This document shows, piece after piece, positions 22,970 to 36,500 of a DNA stretch of 64,000 nt; position 1 is the first letter of the stretch; each line of letters opens with the position of its first letter. Under the pieces are notes generated by a model. It saw nothing but the letters and a program-made list of their open reading frames with translations, did not search any database and was not told the origin of the DNA. Origin of the DNA: Selaginella moellendorffii (Eukaryota > Plantae > Lycopodiophyta); the NCBI RefSeq assembly GCF_000143415.4, contig NW_003314290.1, positions 797,586-861,585 on the forward strand. Direction: 5' to 3'. Position numbers and translations under genes: made by a program.

Positions 22970-24625
22970 TCACACGTTCGTCATAGTGCCCGATAGAAGA
23001 ACGTAAGAAGACGATGTCTCTGGAGACAAACTTTCGGCTAGACGTGCTGCTCGCTCGGAGTCACCATAGTTTCTACAAGCACCGAGCAAGGCGGTCCACA
23101 TCACGAACTCGGGCTCGTAAGGCATGGATCTCAGCAGCTCCTCGGCCTCGCCGAGCTTTCCCAGTCGAGCAAAGAGATCGGCCATGCATCCAAAGTGCTG
23201 GGACACTGGAGAGATCTCGTACTCGCGGAGCATGGCCTGGAAGTGCTCGCGTCCTTGCTCCAGGACTCCTCCATGGCAGCAAGCGTACAAAACTCCCGTG
23301 AAAGATATCTCGTTCGGCTGCGTGCCGTCTAAAGTCATCTCCCACAGAAACTCCACTGCCTCGCTCCGGAGGCCACTCTGGGCGTAGGAGAGGAGCATCG
23401 TGTTCCATAGAACGATGTCTCTTCTCAGCTTCACGAGCCTGTCAAAAACTTCTCTCGCCATCGCCAAGCTCCCACACTTGCCATACATGTTGACGAGGCT
23501 GGCGGCGGCGTCGCCTTCGAGCTTGATCTTGGAAGCGATCATGTCGGCATGGAGCTGCTTTCCAACTTCCAAGTCATTCGAGCTCGAGCACGCGTTCAAA
23601 GCACTGACGAAGACAATCGCGTCCAGCTTCAAACCAGAGCCTGCCCGAGCTCTCATCTTCTGATAAGTTTCGAGAGCTTTCGAGTGAAAGCCGTGATCGA
23701 CATAAGCACTCAGCATCGCCGTCCAGCAGATGAGATTCTTTTCTCGAATCCTTTCAAAAACATCCTCGGCCTCCTGGACGAGGCCGAACTTCCCATAGAT
23801 CGTCACCAGCGCGGTCCCGACTACCACATCAGTCTCAAACCCGAGCAAAACTATCTTCTCGTGTAGCTTCTTCGCTTGATCCACGGACCAGCAGGCACCT
23901 AAAACGTTGACAAACGTGACCTCGTCCGGCTCGACGTCCATTACCTTGTAAGTTTCCATCGCTTCCACGGCATGCCCGTTCTGGGCATAAGCCGCTATCA
24001 TAGAGTTCCAAGTCACAGCGTTCTTCCTTGTCATCCTGTCGAAAAGCTCTCTTGCTGGGCGGACGCCACCACTCCGGCCATAGAGGTTGATCACCGAGGT
24101 TGCGATGACAACGTTGGATTCAAGCCCGGCAGCGTAGACCAGCTTGTACACGAAAGCCACCGATTTAACGCTGGAGCAGGCACCCAGCACAGTGACAAAG
24201 CTCACAACATCCGGCTTGATCCCGTCGAAGAGCATCTCCTGGAAAACTTGCAAGCCTTGATTGAGCCGAGCGTTCTGGACGAGAGCCGCCACCATGATGT
24301 TGTAAGAGTAGACGTTCCTGCTGGAGAGCTGCTTGAAGACCGCGATCGCGTCGTCCAGGTAGCCACACTTGCCATACATTTGTATGAGCAAGTTGCTCAG
24401 GTAAGTGCTCTGGAAATGCTTGCTCGAGCTCATGATATGGCGGTGGACGAGCTTGCATTCTCCCAGCGAGCCACACTGCCGGACGAGCGAGGCGTAAGTA
24501 CCGGAAGTTACTTCGCTACCTTGCGTCGTTAGCCGGCCCAGCGCTTGATCCAAGCTCGCAGAGGACGAGCTGCGGAGAAAAATCCGCCACAGCCATTGTG
24601 ATCGTTTTGCCGATCGTCCTTTCAT
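22970..24625 (-). CDS. PLS-class pentatricopeptide repeat protein with a partial E domain
   Basis: Repeated MYGKCG...A..VF / WN.MI.AYAQNG motifs. E-domain-like MPYEPEFVMWTALLGAC...SSYVLLS. No DYW domain; intronless. Confidence 0.93.
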   Translation of the reverse strand: MKGRSAKRSQWLWRIFLRSSSSASLDQALGRLTTQGSEVTSGTYASLVRQCGSLGECKLVHRHIMSSSKHFQSTYLSNLLIQMYGKCGYLDDAIAVFKQLSSRNVYSYNIMVAALVQNARLNQGLQVFQEMLFDGIKPDVVSFVTVLGACSSVKSVAFVYKLVYAAGLESNVVIATSVINLYGRSGGVRPARELFDRMTRKNAVTWNSMIAAYAQNGHAVEAMETYKVMDVEPDEVTFVNVLGACWSVDQAKKLHEKIVLLGFETDVVVGTALVTIYGKFGLVQEAEDVFERIREKNLICWTAMLSAYVDHGFHSKALETYQKMRARAGSGLKLDAIVFVSALNACSSSNDLEVGKQLHADMIASKIKLEGDAAASLVNMYGKCGSLAMAREVFDRLVKLRRDIVLWNTMLLSYAQSGLRSEAVEFLWEMTLDGTQPNEISFTGVLYACCHGGVLEQGREHFQAMLREYEISPVSQHFGCMADLFARLGKLGEAEELLRSMPYEPEFVMWTALLGACRNYGDSERAARLAESLSPETSSSYVLLSGTMTNV

Positions 24626-25685
24626 CTCGCGAGCTACAAGCAAAGTAAAGAAAGAAGCGAAACTCCGTCCAGCATGGTTTTGGTCGATTTTTCGCTTCCA
24701 GCGAAAGAAATTCAAAGAATGCGGTACGATCCTGCTCAAAGGCAAGTAAAATCTGTGATCCCTTCGCAATCTGGCCTTACCATTTGCCCGGGCGCCATTG
24801 CGTCCAAGAACCCTAAAACCTGCCCTAGAAAGTCAGCGCTAGTCAAATAGTACGTAGAAGATCTCCCGCCAATAAAAGGATCGCGAGGATGAATGGCAGC
24901 CACTCGTTGCGAGATCTGTCCACTCCACGTGGCAGGCGGACTGGCCATGGGCCAGTCCCAGTGCGTACGGCATGCAGTAAAAATGGGCGCCACGTCGGAC
25001 CAGTTTGTGTGGATACGAGCATGGGTTACCATGTTGCGATGGATGATGATGATACCACATCCATCCATGGAATGTGTCCCGGGCTTTTGCAATGTGGCGG
25101 CGATGGCGGTGTGCTCTTCGCGTTCCTAGGCGGTAGAGGCGGTAGCGGCGCTGCGGCCGCGGCATAGCGCTCGAATGCGCCTGCCGCCTTTGTCTTGAGG
25201 GATTCCACTGCAATCTGGGAAAATATTTTGCGTGAGGTGAGGGTTTCTCGATCGCCAAACAGTGTAGGAGCTCCTAAATCTCTCACATCGGTAGCAAGAA
25301 TCTAGCTACTGTTCCTTTTGGCCGCTTGCGGAGGAGCTGGACCTAGCGGCATCGCCCCCGATGGGGAAATAGGCCTAGAATGACAGATTTTGAGAGCAAA
25401 GGAGGCCATGAACACATTCGCGGTCGAGGATTTGAGGCACTGGACACGAAATCCACTTGGTCTTCTGTGAGTACCTTTAGAACAAAAAAAATTACTTTCC
25501 TTCGGTGCCTCGGATTGAATGGGTTCTTCGTTTGTGACAGTTCGATGAAATAGCTTGGGATGACTTCGGTGGCGACGATCACAGCGTGCCAGAGCCTGAC
25601 GAACGGGTGCCGTCATTGTGGCTGAGAAGAAAGAAAGACCCAAAGCTCTGGAAGGAGTTAAAAGAGGAAGAACAGCCATCGAAAA

Positions 25686-28035
25686 TGGATGCCGAGGCCA
25701 CGACCATGGACGTGGATAGCTGGGACAGTCTCAACGTAGGGGAGCTTGGGGCCGTTCCAGACAATCTCACAGGCATTGGAAACCATTTGAAGGAGGAGTC
25801 ACCGGATGCTTTGCCACTGCTGGATGGAGGCGTGGCGATGTGCCTTAACGAGTACAACGATGGCGACGCCGGGCACTTTGCTTTCTCGGCTGTTCCAAGC
25901 GAGGAGGAGATGACGCTGTTTGGCGGTGAAAGCGACGCTGGAAAAGGAAGTGCTCTACTAAGTTACGCGTGGGAGAACCTCGAGGACATGGACAATCTAT
26001 TTCAGTAAGAAACTTGACGCTTCTTAGGTTAGTGTGCATTAGTTTGGCATCATCATGTTTCGTTCTAAACTTTTGTTTCTTTGCGTCACTTTTCTAACAG
26101 AAGCGAGGAAGCACCATTTTCTCAAGATGCGACCGATGCTTTGCTTCAATGGCCCGCTTCATCTTCGTCTCCAGACTCCAACTCTCCGGTGACGAATGCC
26201 AAAGCGGCGTGTGCCAGCCCGGAGTTGAGAGCGATGAAGGGAAAGTCGCACGACCAGGACATGAAAATGGAGTTTATTCCGTGCGAGAGCTTTGACAAGA
26301 ACTCGGACGCATGCGCAAGCATTGCCGATGGTGAAAGTGCAGCGACTGATCTTTCGACTGCCGAGCTAAAGTTTGCAGCTTACGAGGAGCAGCGAGGCGA
26401 CATTGACAAGGTACCGGTAAAAATCTATTCACCTGAATTCTTCTTGTGCTAACCATTGTTTCGATATGCAAGACTCCAGCGGAGGATTCCATGGAGCCGC
26501 TCTTGTCCCCAAAGGGGAAACAACAGGTCTCTGACACAGACAAGGTGATTAAATTTTTTTTCATGGCACTGATTTTTCTGAAGTAACATGACTATGGCAG
26601 GCTCATCCAGGAAAGAGACAAGCATCCAATAGAAAACGCAGTGATGAGCGATCCAGAAAGCAAATTTACCCGAAGAGACCTGGCATCAGTTATGCGAAAC
26701 AGCAACCTTCAACTCAATTTTCTTCGTCCCAGCCGTTGCAGCTAAAACCAACTGTAGCTTCAACTCTGCAGGTCTATCCTCATGTTACCGGACCGGCAGT
26801 GCTGGGAACCATGCATCACAGGCCGCAGTACATTGGCCCAGTCCACCATTCTTCTTATATGATTCAACCAGCGCAGTCACAGCATTCGCAAGCCGTTATG
26901 ATGTGCTACGATCAAGCCGAGCAACAAAGGGTCGGCCAGGAAACAAGGCAGAAACTAGCGCCCCCGCCGCCGCCGTCGTTGTCCGGAACAAACATGACGC
27001 CTCAAGAGAAGATTGAGAAACTGCGGTGGAAACAAAAGATGCACCGATTAGCGTCGGAGCAGCACCAGCAGATGGCCAAGCAGTGTGGACTTTCCATGGA
27101 TCCGTGTCCGCCACAGCAAGGAGCTCGGAGCGAGACGCCTATAGATGCAGACGACAAGGCGAATGTGAAGTCGGAAGATGGCGATGGAGCGCGAGCTACA
27201 GTTGTGGACAGCGCAGTTGTCAGTCAGCTTCTCGGCATAATGTCTAAGGTTGGACGCGCCGTAGCTTTGCTCCGGTTCTTACAAGTTTTGTTTTTCGCAG
27301 CTGGACGTAGGAACGAGGATTTGCATCCGGGATGCGCTCTATCGGCTTGCGAGAAGCGCCATAACTCGTCACACTTCTGATGGCCCGAGCAGCAGCGAAG
27401 GCTCCAATAACTCGGCGGGCGACAACTCTCTGAGTAGAGCTATCAGGTTGTTCTTTCCTGGTCTGGATTTTCTCGTGACTGAAAGCGAAAAGAACCAATT
27501 TTTCTCGTGCAGATATCCACTGCTGGAAACCGAGACCAATCCCATCGACCGGACAATCGCAAATCTCCTGTTCCACAAGCGCAGCAGCAGCAACAGTGCC
27601 AACAACAGCAACAGTAGCAACAACAGCACTGGCTCCGCAGTGAACATCCCGTGCCTCCAGGAAAATCAAGCTCCCTGGACCTGGCAGCAGCAGCAGCACC
27701 ACCAACAACAGGAAGCTCGATTATCTCAGCAACAACAGCAGCAGCAAGAGCTTCCATCGTCCGAGCTCACAGCACCCGACGAGAAATCCTTGCGCGATGA
27801 TTGCTCGAGCGAGATCGCGGAGGAAGCGAGCGATGGCAGAAAAAAGGGTGCTAAGCCGGGTGGTGACGGTGGCTACGGCCAGAGCGTCAAGAGCCATAGG
27901 AAGCGGGAGGCGAGCAGTAGCGAGTTTTTGTCGAACGAGGAAGGAGATAGCCCGAGAATTGGGAGGGGGGCGTGTAGCAGCAGCAGCGATAGCTCTAGAG
28001 GCCATGGCAAAGCAGCGAAGACGGGGATTCAATAG
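25686..28035 (+). CDS. LNK: LNK-family clock co-activator, multi-exon (start codon uncertain)
   Basis: Motifs MTPQEKIEKLR, LDVGTRICIRDALYRLARSA and ETETNPIDRTIANLLFH. Confidence 0.88.
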
Positions 28036-28287
28036 CATATAGAGACGAAACGAGCCAATGTACACACACCACGAGCAAAGGATCACATTTAAAATATAGA
28101 TGCGCATAATTTCTTAGAATATGCCGGATATGCTCCTGAGTTTGAAAAAGATGCTTATAGGATTTTTAGGGATTTAGGGTTCTTGAGGGAGAGAGAGAGA
28201 GAGAGAGAGCCAGGCGGTGCCGCCCGTGTCAATCTTTCGGCGGGAGCAACGGGGAATGCAGCTACTTCGGAGGCGGCGGAGGTCGCC

Positions 28288-29614
28288 ATGGCTCCGAAAA
28301 CGCAAATGCAGGGCACGCTGTTCAAGTATGGGCCCAAGCCAGTCCAGGTATTGGGATTCTCTAGCTTGTTTTGCATTGAATCGCGCGGATTTTGCTGCGA
28401 GACAAGGTTGCCTTTCGGACTGGATCGTTCCAGCAGCAAGTGATTTTCATCGGGGGATTGACAGACGGCTTCTTTGCGACAGAGTAGCTTTCTAAATGCA
28501 TTTGCTACTTTAACACAATGATTCTTCTGTTTCTTCCTTCGGCATTTCAGGTATCTACTTCCTCTTGCTAAAGCTCTCGAGAGTGAAAGATGGTCGCTGG
28601 TCCAGTGCCTTTTATCGTCGTCGTATTCTGGCTATGGAACTTCTTCTTTGAAACAGGTGCTTAGATTCGTCTCCTTTGCTGCGAGTGAATGTTTTTATCT
28701 TTGGGTTTTTCGAGTCTCTAGGATGCACAGGAGCTGGAGCAGCTTATCAACTATTTAATCAACGAAGAAAATTCTCATGGTGTGGTGCTGCTTGGGCACA
28801 GCACGGGCTGTCAGGTTCTACTTACTGGAATTCTTTTGTCTATTGTTCCAACTTTGCGGTTAGTACAGGATATTGTTTACTACTTACGAGAGGGTGGGAT
28901 TTGCATGAAAGCCGTCCGAGGAGCTATCCTTCAGGTAACACGACGCTGTGTATGTTTTTCGTGCTTCCATTTTTCTCTTTTATTCCGTAGGCTCCTGTAA
29001 GTGATAGAGAGTACAGAGCAACGTTGCCTGGGACAGCCGCAATGATCGACTTGGCTGATGAAATGATCAAGGAGGGAAGAGAATTGGATTTGATGCCCCG
29101 CGGGGCTGAACCAGCTGCTCCTATCACTGCTCATCGGTATGGAACTTTACAATGAGAACTTTTTGAGAAAACTTTCGAGTTTATATCTTTGTATAGTTTC
29201 CGCTCGCTTGCTGGATATATGGGAGACGATGACATGTTCAGCTCTGACCTCTCCGATGAGCAGCTTCGTGTTAGGCTTGAGCATATGTCAAAGCTTCCTT
29301 GCCAGGTGTGATGGATCTGCTCTAAAACATTTACGATTAATTTGCTTCATAGGTTATCTTTTCCATGGCCGATGAATACGTTCCGGACTACGTGAACAAG
29401 CACAACCTTGTCAAGCGGTAAGCATCAACATGTTTCCACGATGTAATACTTATTTCCCTTCTTTTTCTGCAGGTTGTGCGCTGCCATGGGAGCCACAGCC
29501 GTTGAAATATGGGGCAATCACAGCCTCACCAACCGGATCCAAGAGGCTGTTCGTGCTGTCGTCGACTTTATAAAGAGAGAGAGCTCGAAAGACTGGGACG
29601 ATCCATGGAAATGA
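28288..29614 (+). CDS. DUF1749/UPF0613 alpha/beta-hydrolase, multi-exon
   Basis: Motifs LFKYGPKPVQ, VIFIGGLTDG, LLGHSTGCQD (nucleophile elbow), DDMFSSDL. Confidence 0.9.
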
Positions 29615-29778
29615 AACAGTGTCTACAAGGTAAAGTTTGTTGGTTTCCTTTTCTTCTTCTTTAACAATGTCACTCACTTACAACAGGTCACCAAAACTGC
29701 GAGACTTGGCTCTAGCTAGTCTGAAGTGTCATCATCTCTGTCTATTCTATCTTCTTTCCACCTTATCCGGAGCTCCTC

Positions 29779-30583
29779 CTAGGCATCCTGGATCGTTTTC
29801 GCAGCATCCAAATCCTCATCCACTTTGTCACTCTCGCCATCAAGCTGTTCCCGCTTCCTGTCATCAACCTCCTCGCTCTTGGTTGCCTCGAGGTCTGCAT
29901 CACCCTCCGTGACGCCGACCTCGGCCTTATCCGCAGCCACCAATCCGTGATCCAAATCCTCGCCTTGCTGCTTCTGGGCCTCCTCCCTGGGCTCCTCGCC
30001 GGATTCCTGCCTCGAGCCAGTCGTCGTGTTTGCCTTGAACAGCTCCAGTTGGTCCTCCAGAGCCTTCAAGTGATTGCGGAGCTTGACCACCTCCTTTTCG
30101 CTCTCGTCCAACTCCTTGAGCTGCTCCTTGAGTGTGGCGATCTGGATGTCTTTGTCACCCAGAGCAGCCTCCAGCCTCGTTTTCTCCTCGCCCAGACGCT
30201 GCTGCTTGCGCTCCGACTGGATCAGCATGGTGCTGGTGTTGGACTTGACTGCGGCCAGTTGCAGCTTCTCGTCGTTGAGATCCGAGGCCTTTTTCTGGAG
30301 CTCGTCGTGGGATCTTCTCGCATCCTAAACATGTGTGTGTTTTGTTTTGGAGGAGAATTTTTTGGTTTTGGAAAGCGAAGCATGTAGGTGATGGGACTAA
30401 ACATCAAAAGTGAGGTACCTGGAGATCGCGGAACATGGCATCTAGTTCGGCATTTTTGGACTCCCTGTCCCGGTGAGCGCGCAGATCTTGGATGCCCATG
30501 AAGCAAACGAGGACGAAGATGACGAACAAGGAGATCGCCAACCTGAGGCCGCCTCCGTTTGACAATCCAACTGCGCCTGCCAT
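29779..30583 (-). CDS. Membrane-anchored coiled-coil protein (2 exons, intron 30325-30418)
   Basis: N-terminal hydrophobic segment LAISLFVIFVLVCFMGI, then a heptad-rich region and an acidic tail; frame-preserving GT-AG intron. Confidence 0.75.
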
Positions 30584-33500
30584 CGCGAGTTTAGGGCTAT
30601 CAAGTACGGTATATTCTTTATAGCATTATCCTCTGCCTCTAAACAGTTAATGAATGAATTATTCACTTCAAATCCTTGAATATATCATATTTAAACCCTC
30701 CATTCTCATGCTTATTACTGGAAGTGCTGTCAAATAGTTAAATTGTTTATGACCACTATCAAGTAAAAAGTAAAATTTTGGAGCATGCATTAACACTATC
30801 AGAAAAAGCAAGACCACTTATCACCTTTTTTCTTCTTGCTTTGTCTAAGCAAAGATATATTATTTCAAGATATATTAAAGCATCGGAATGAATAAAAAGT
30901 ATGTTTTTATCTTTTCAATTGAATTCTTATAAAATTTTAGCTGGCCATATAAATAAAATATGAATATTTATAATAATTTGCTTTGCTTGTTCAATAAAAT
31001 TTAAAATTAAAACAGTTAAAAACACAAAATAAAATCTATATAAATGGCATAGAGGTTTTATACAATTTTTCAATGTCAAATCTTGCACACTACCACTGTA
31101 ATGTGGGCCTGAGTTGTAGCTTCTTTCACATCCATATAGTCATGAGCCAATTTATGAACCAGTTGAGCTTGATAATAAAATTCTATGATGAATTGTTCAT
31201 AAATCAATTGAACTTCCCGTATTTTACCTAGTTAGTCAAGGAATAAGAAAAACAATTACACAAACAATAATGCTATATGAGCTAGAGAGCATTGTGAGCT
31301 ACAAGTAAACTTGGGGCTCTTACAATTTGATCTCCAAAGCTTAGAAACATGGTTTCATTTGAGGAAAACAAAAGTTCATTTCAATTTTTTCAAGTTTCTT
31401 GATGTGTATCCTTGGCATGGATTGGAAAAACAGCTTGCACCATTGGAGCTCCCAATCTTTCATGTGGAGGTTTTGCCCATGGAGCTTCATCATCATGTCC
31501 AAGACATGTCTCTCAACCTTCAGGAGTCCCTTGGCAACAAAGTGGACATGCTGCATGTCGCCAACTTCAAGCAGAAGCAGTATACTTCCTCAAGGTTGAA
31601 ATCACTGGAAGCTAGGAAGAAGAGGTCACCACCTTCATGAGGAGGGGAAAACATTAAAACAAGCTATTTCTAATTAAGTGAGAAATTTCTGAAATAACAC
31701 TATTAATTTCAACTTCTCTAAACTCCAAGTTTGGAGCTTGAAAGTTTGCAAGCTCCAAGTATTGTACCTCCAAGTGTTGCTCCTCCAAATGAATTATTTT
31801 CATGCTATGGGTAGTTGGCAGGCAAGAGATCTCCAAGTGCACATTCTTAGATGTTATTATGTCATCTATTAGATCAATCTCTCCTCTTGTGAGAAACCTA
31901 AAGGTATCATTAATTACTTTTTTATTTTTATTTCTTGTTTATTATTTTTTATTCAAGAAAATTAGTGGAATTGATTGCCAACATCATACAATTTCTATCA
32001 ACAATCAAATTTTCATGGTGACAAAATTAATAAATTTGATTTGCTACATACAACATTAAATAGTTACTATGATCATGGCAATAGTGCTTATAGTCTTGTG
32101 ATTTTAGAGTTAAAAAGCTTTCAGAATATTGTTTTGCAAAGAATAGTTTTATTGCAAACACTACTACATATAACATATATCTGTGTTTATCGGTTGGCTT
32201 TAAGCTTTATAATGGAATCATATATTGGAGATGAATGGCCCAAGAGCAATGCAAAACATTTGTATTTGTGGAGTTTTGCTAGAGAGTTTTATAAAGGAGT
32301 TGTTTTGCCAAATAAATGTCGTTGAGAGTTTTTCTTAAGAGTTTTACTTATTGTTGAGCCCTTATAGGATATTGTATGATAATATATATACCATTAACCC
32401 AAGATATGTTCAATAGTCAGACTCAAATTCATTTATATATCCCTAGAATATCCAAATCTGCCATGTGGCTTGGTCCAACTAACTCTTCCAAGAAATGTAG
32501 AAGTGGCTACAATAGGGGAGGCCAAGTGATTCTAAGGCTACCCAACTCACTTACTAACTAAAAAGACCAATTGATCAATCTAAGGAGCCAAATTTTATGT
32601 TGTGTTGAGTAGGTTGTGATAATGAAGTTTGGAGGGGACAACTTAAGGCTACTATATTTACATTACCAGTTATAAGCCACTCTAAAACTAGTAGAATAAG
32701 AGCTTTAAGGTGCCAAGTGCAATTGCCTCAATTGCCCCATTGTCATACTTTTGTAAGAAAGAGATAAAAAACACTTGTTTATTGATGAGAGCTATTATAT
32801 TGCCACTAGAAGGTTGTGAAATTCTCCCTTGAACTGTCTCAATCCTCTTAGAAGACTTCCCAACTTTGTACCACACAAATATATAACACAAGTTACTCCC
32901 TCATGTGTGAAGTAGAGTTATTGCTAAGGGCCTTAGGAGTACAATTTATAGTGAGAAATTCACTCAGCTATGGGTGGAATTTTGGCAATCTAACATCTTT
33001 AGTGACCAGTTCTAGATAGCTTGGATTTTATCAAGCCAACCATGAAAAAATACTATAAGCGTCTTAATTTTGCATCAATATATTAGTTTAGAGTATGTAT
33101 ATTGCTCAATTATGTTATGTTGCGAGGTATCTAACACTAAACTGGGCTATGGAGACAACAATAAGACCTTTCCACTTGAAGGGCTAGAAATTATAAGTTA
33201 CATAAAATGTTTGTGATAAGAATGTAATGAGTCAATCGATGTCAAAAGAGGCATGTAGGAAAAATCTTTTGAGAGAGCTTAATTCTAAAGGGAAATACAA
33301 TGTTACAAGAAAAAAAACCTAAAGAAAGGATTACTTATGTGTCAATTGAATAAATCAGATATTGGAAAAGCTGTGCTTTTCTTGGGATTATGCATAGATT
33401 CAAACAAACTATAATACTTTAAATCTCATTTATAGCCATAGAGAAGAAAATAAATTTAAAATAAAGAATCAATGGTTATCTACTCTATAAATACATTATA

Positions 33501-36500
33501 CAAATGCTTCTCCAAGACATACTCCATTTCCTCAAATGGCCTTGAGTTGAGTACAGCTATGTTATGCACCTTAGTATAGTTCTCCTTAACACTCTTGTAT
33601 AAGACTCTTGCATTGGATATAGATGATGCAACCTAGACTCTACATGTTCCAAGTGTACACTCCACCTGTGCTGCTGCATATTGATGAGGCATATAAAGAG
33701 CAAGACAATATTAGTGATGAAGATGAGGTGGGTGGGAAATGGAGCTGAACACACTAAAAGGGGCATCAATCATATCAGATCACAAGAAAAATCTTTATCA
33801 CTGAAAATCTAGTTGAATTGGTATGGATTCTTGAAAATTCACAATAGAATTATAATTGACATCACATTTTTAACTTTGTGAATTATAAAATTATAAGAGA
33901 CTCTCGCCATTCATTACACATTAAATTTCAAACATTTTTAATTATGAATTTTCTATTACACTTTCTCACATAATCATAGTTTTGCCACATCAGTATGCCA
34001 AGTCACTATCTACATGGATCATAAATGCTCACTGTCTAAATGCCACATCAACAAGTAATCAAGATCATTAATTCAATTCTAGTTACAGATCATATTACTT
34101 ATGTAGCTCATTGCCACTGGCTTGCTGCTAATGGCTTGCATAGTGCCAGCATACTCACTACAAGGAAAAAGAAGGAATCAAACCATGTCAATCAAAACAA
34201 TAAGAAGGAAAAGGGGGAAAAAGGAGAAGGATGAGTTTTAAGAAACTCTAGTTAAAGATTATCTATAAGAGTAGGTTGTAGATGTTGGTGAGTGATTCTT
34301 TCTTCTGTTTTTCACCTTCATCCTTGCTAGGTTTGTTGGACCAGCCATTGCTATTGTTATAAACCACAAGTGATTGACAATATTTTTTAATAAAGACAAT
34401 CCTATAGAGACCCCACTTTGCTCAATCAATCCATGTGAAGTGATCAACAGAGGTGTTGAAGATCAATTAATAGTTGTGAATGAGCATGCTATAAGCTTGG
34501 AATGTGAGTGAGAAATATTTTAATACATGGATGCACCTCGCTTTTAGTGACTTACTTTTGTAAACAACCAAAAAGAATAAATCGAGAAATAATTCATAAA
34601 GCTTCAAATATATAGAGAAAAGGGTTATGAACAAGAGTACATCTTTTTTTTCAATCAGTTAAGGGTTTTAGAGTACTTGGGTTTAAGCATCCTTGGGTTT
34701 GAGTAATATTAAGTTGGATAACCTTCTAAAAAGTTCAAATTCAAGAGTTTATATTTCATATAGAGAGGTCTTGGGTCCAACTCTATTAGTTGGTTATAGG
34801 AATCACACTATATGTTGAAATTAATATCTAGCAAGTCTAGTTTACTAACCTCTTAGAAAGTTTAAATTCAAAAACTTACATTTGGTATCAATGTGAGCGC
34901 ATCTAGATGCTGTGAAAAGGGATATGTAGAGTGAGGACTTCAGACATCACTATTGCAGCCTTGGAGTGGCATCATTGCCTTGAGCTATGCCTTGGCATTA
35001 GCAAAGGTGCTAAGATTCAGTGCAAGTTGGTTGCATGTCTAGCGGCAAATTTGATAGAGGTCATTGAAGAATATGGCTCTCCAGATGCAACTTTTTGGGA
35101 GCTTATTCTTGATTCAGTTGCTATAAAAGTGAAGGAGCTCACCATGACTTGGTAGATAAAGTGGTGGAAACTTGTGGTCCTAATGCATCTCTTCAAACAA
35201 CAGCTCCTAATCACTCAGGCCTCTTGCACCCATTGGAAGAAGTACTAACATAATAAGAGCTCCATGAGGCTGCACTAAGTGAGGTTGCAAAAATTACATC
35301 ATGATCTAGCTCTCAAAGTCCTTGGGTGACTATTTTGATGCGACATATGCAGCAATTCATTCATATGAAGCATGACATTTAAGTTTTCTATTGTCAATGC
35401 TCTTCACCTCTCATGCTAGTATCTGCAGGTCTACTTAGGCATTGAGTATATGAGTTTTTTGTCTCTATTCAAAAGGCACATGTACTTTGTCTATTATTGA
35501 TTCTTAAGAGGTTAAATGCTTGTTGAGAACAAGATGCAAGATGTTGGCAGGCTGACAACACAAGTGTTTGAAGCTGCATAGAGCCAATTTCCCTTCATTT
35601 TGTGTATATATTTTACATGCCACAAGGGAGGCAAAACCTCACATGTCATTGTTCTATGCAAGGATGACTTCCCCAAAGATGAATATAACAAGGTATTGTA
35701 GTTGTCAAACTTCTTTGCTACACTTAAATGCATGTCCTTGCACCAAATATATGTAGTTGGCATCCTTATATTTCACGTCTTTTTGTTGAAATTGCAAGTT
35801 GAGAGCAAATGCACATTGGCTTTGTTACATGCAATATGCAATGCATGTGTAATAGATATTGGATGTATAATGGTGCATTTTTGAGAGGGACCTACACTTC
35901 TACACTCCTTGCTTGGAATGTTGTGGATTCCATGTGATGTGTACAAGTTGAAGATGTCCTAGGCTAGCAGAGAACCCTGAGTCAGTGAAAGAGTGAGTGC
36001 ATTAAAGAATATATATCCCTTTTCTATTGACTACCAAGCAGGGCTAAAGTGTATGAGACATTGGAAGTGGCAAAAAGCATTAGATTCTCTTTGCTGAGTC
36101 CAAAATTGTGACAAGTGTGTTGTGCACTGGATTCAAGTATTATATCGTCACAGTATCTCTCCCTACCAACCAATAGATGATATACATCATTTACAACATA
36201 TCTAGACTAGCTTTGCAATATGTAATTTCATGTTGTGCTTGTAAAGTCTATTGCAATTCTCCCTCATTTTGACTTATAAGCTTTTATTCTTCATAGAGGA
36301 GTGGCTTATGATTTGCTCTGGGGTGAGCATCTTGATGAACATGAAGGAGTGGTTCTAGTCTATAGTGCGTGCATTCACAACAAAGGAGCTACAATATGTA
36401 ATATCTTAGTTATGGCCAATATATGACTATCAAGCTATGTGCAAGCTACAAGGTCTCTCCTCCACCACCACCACATCACCACATACAAACCCCTACCTTC

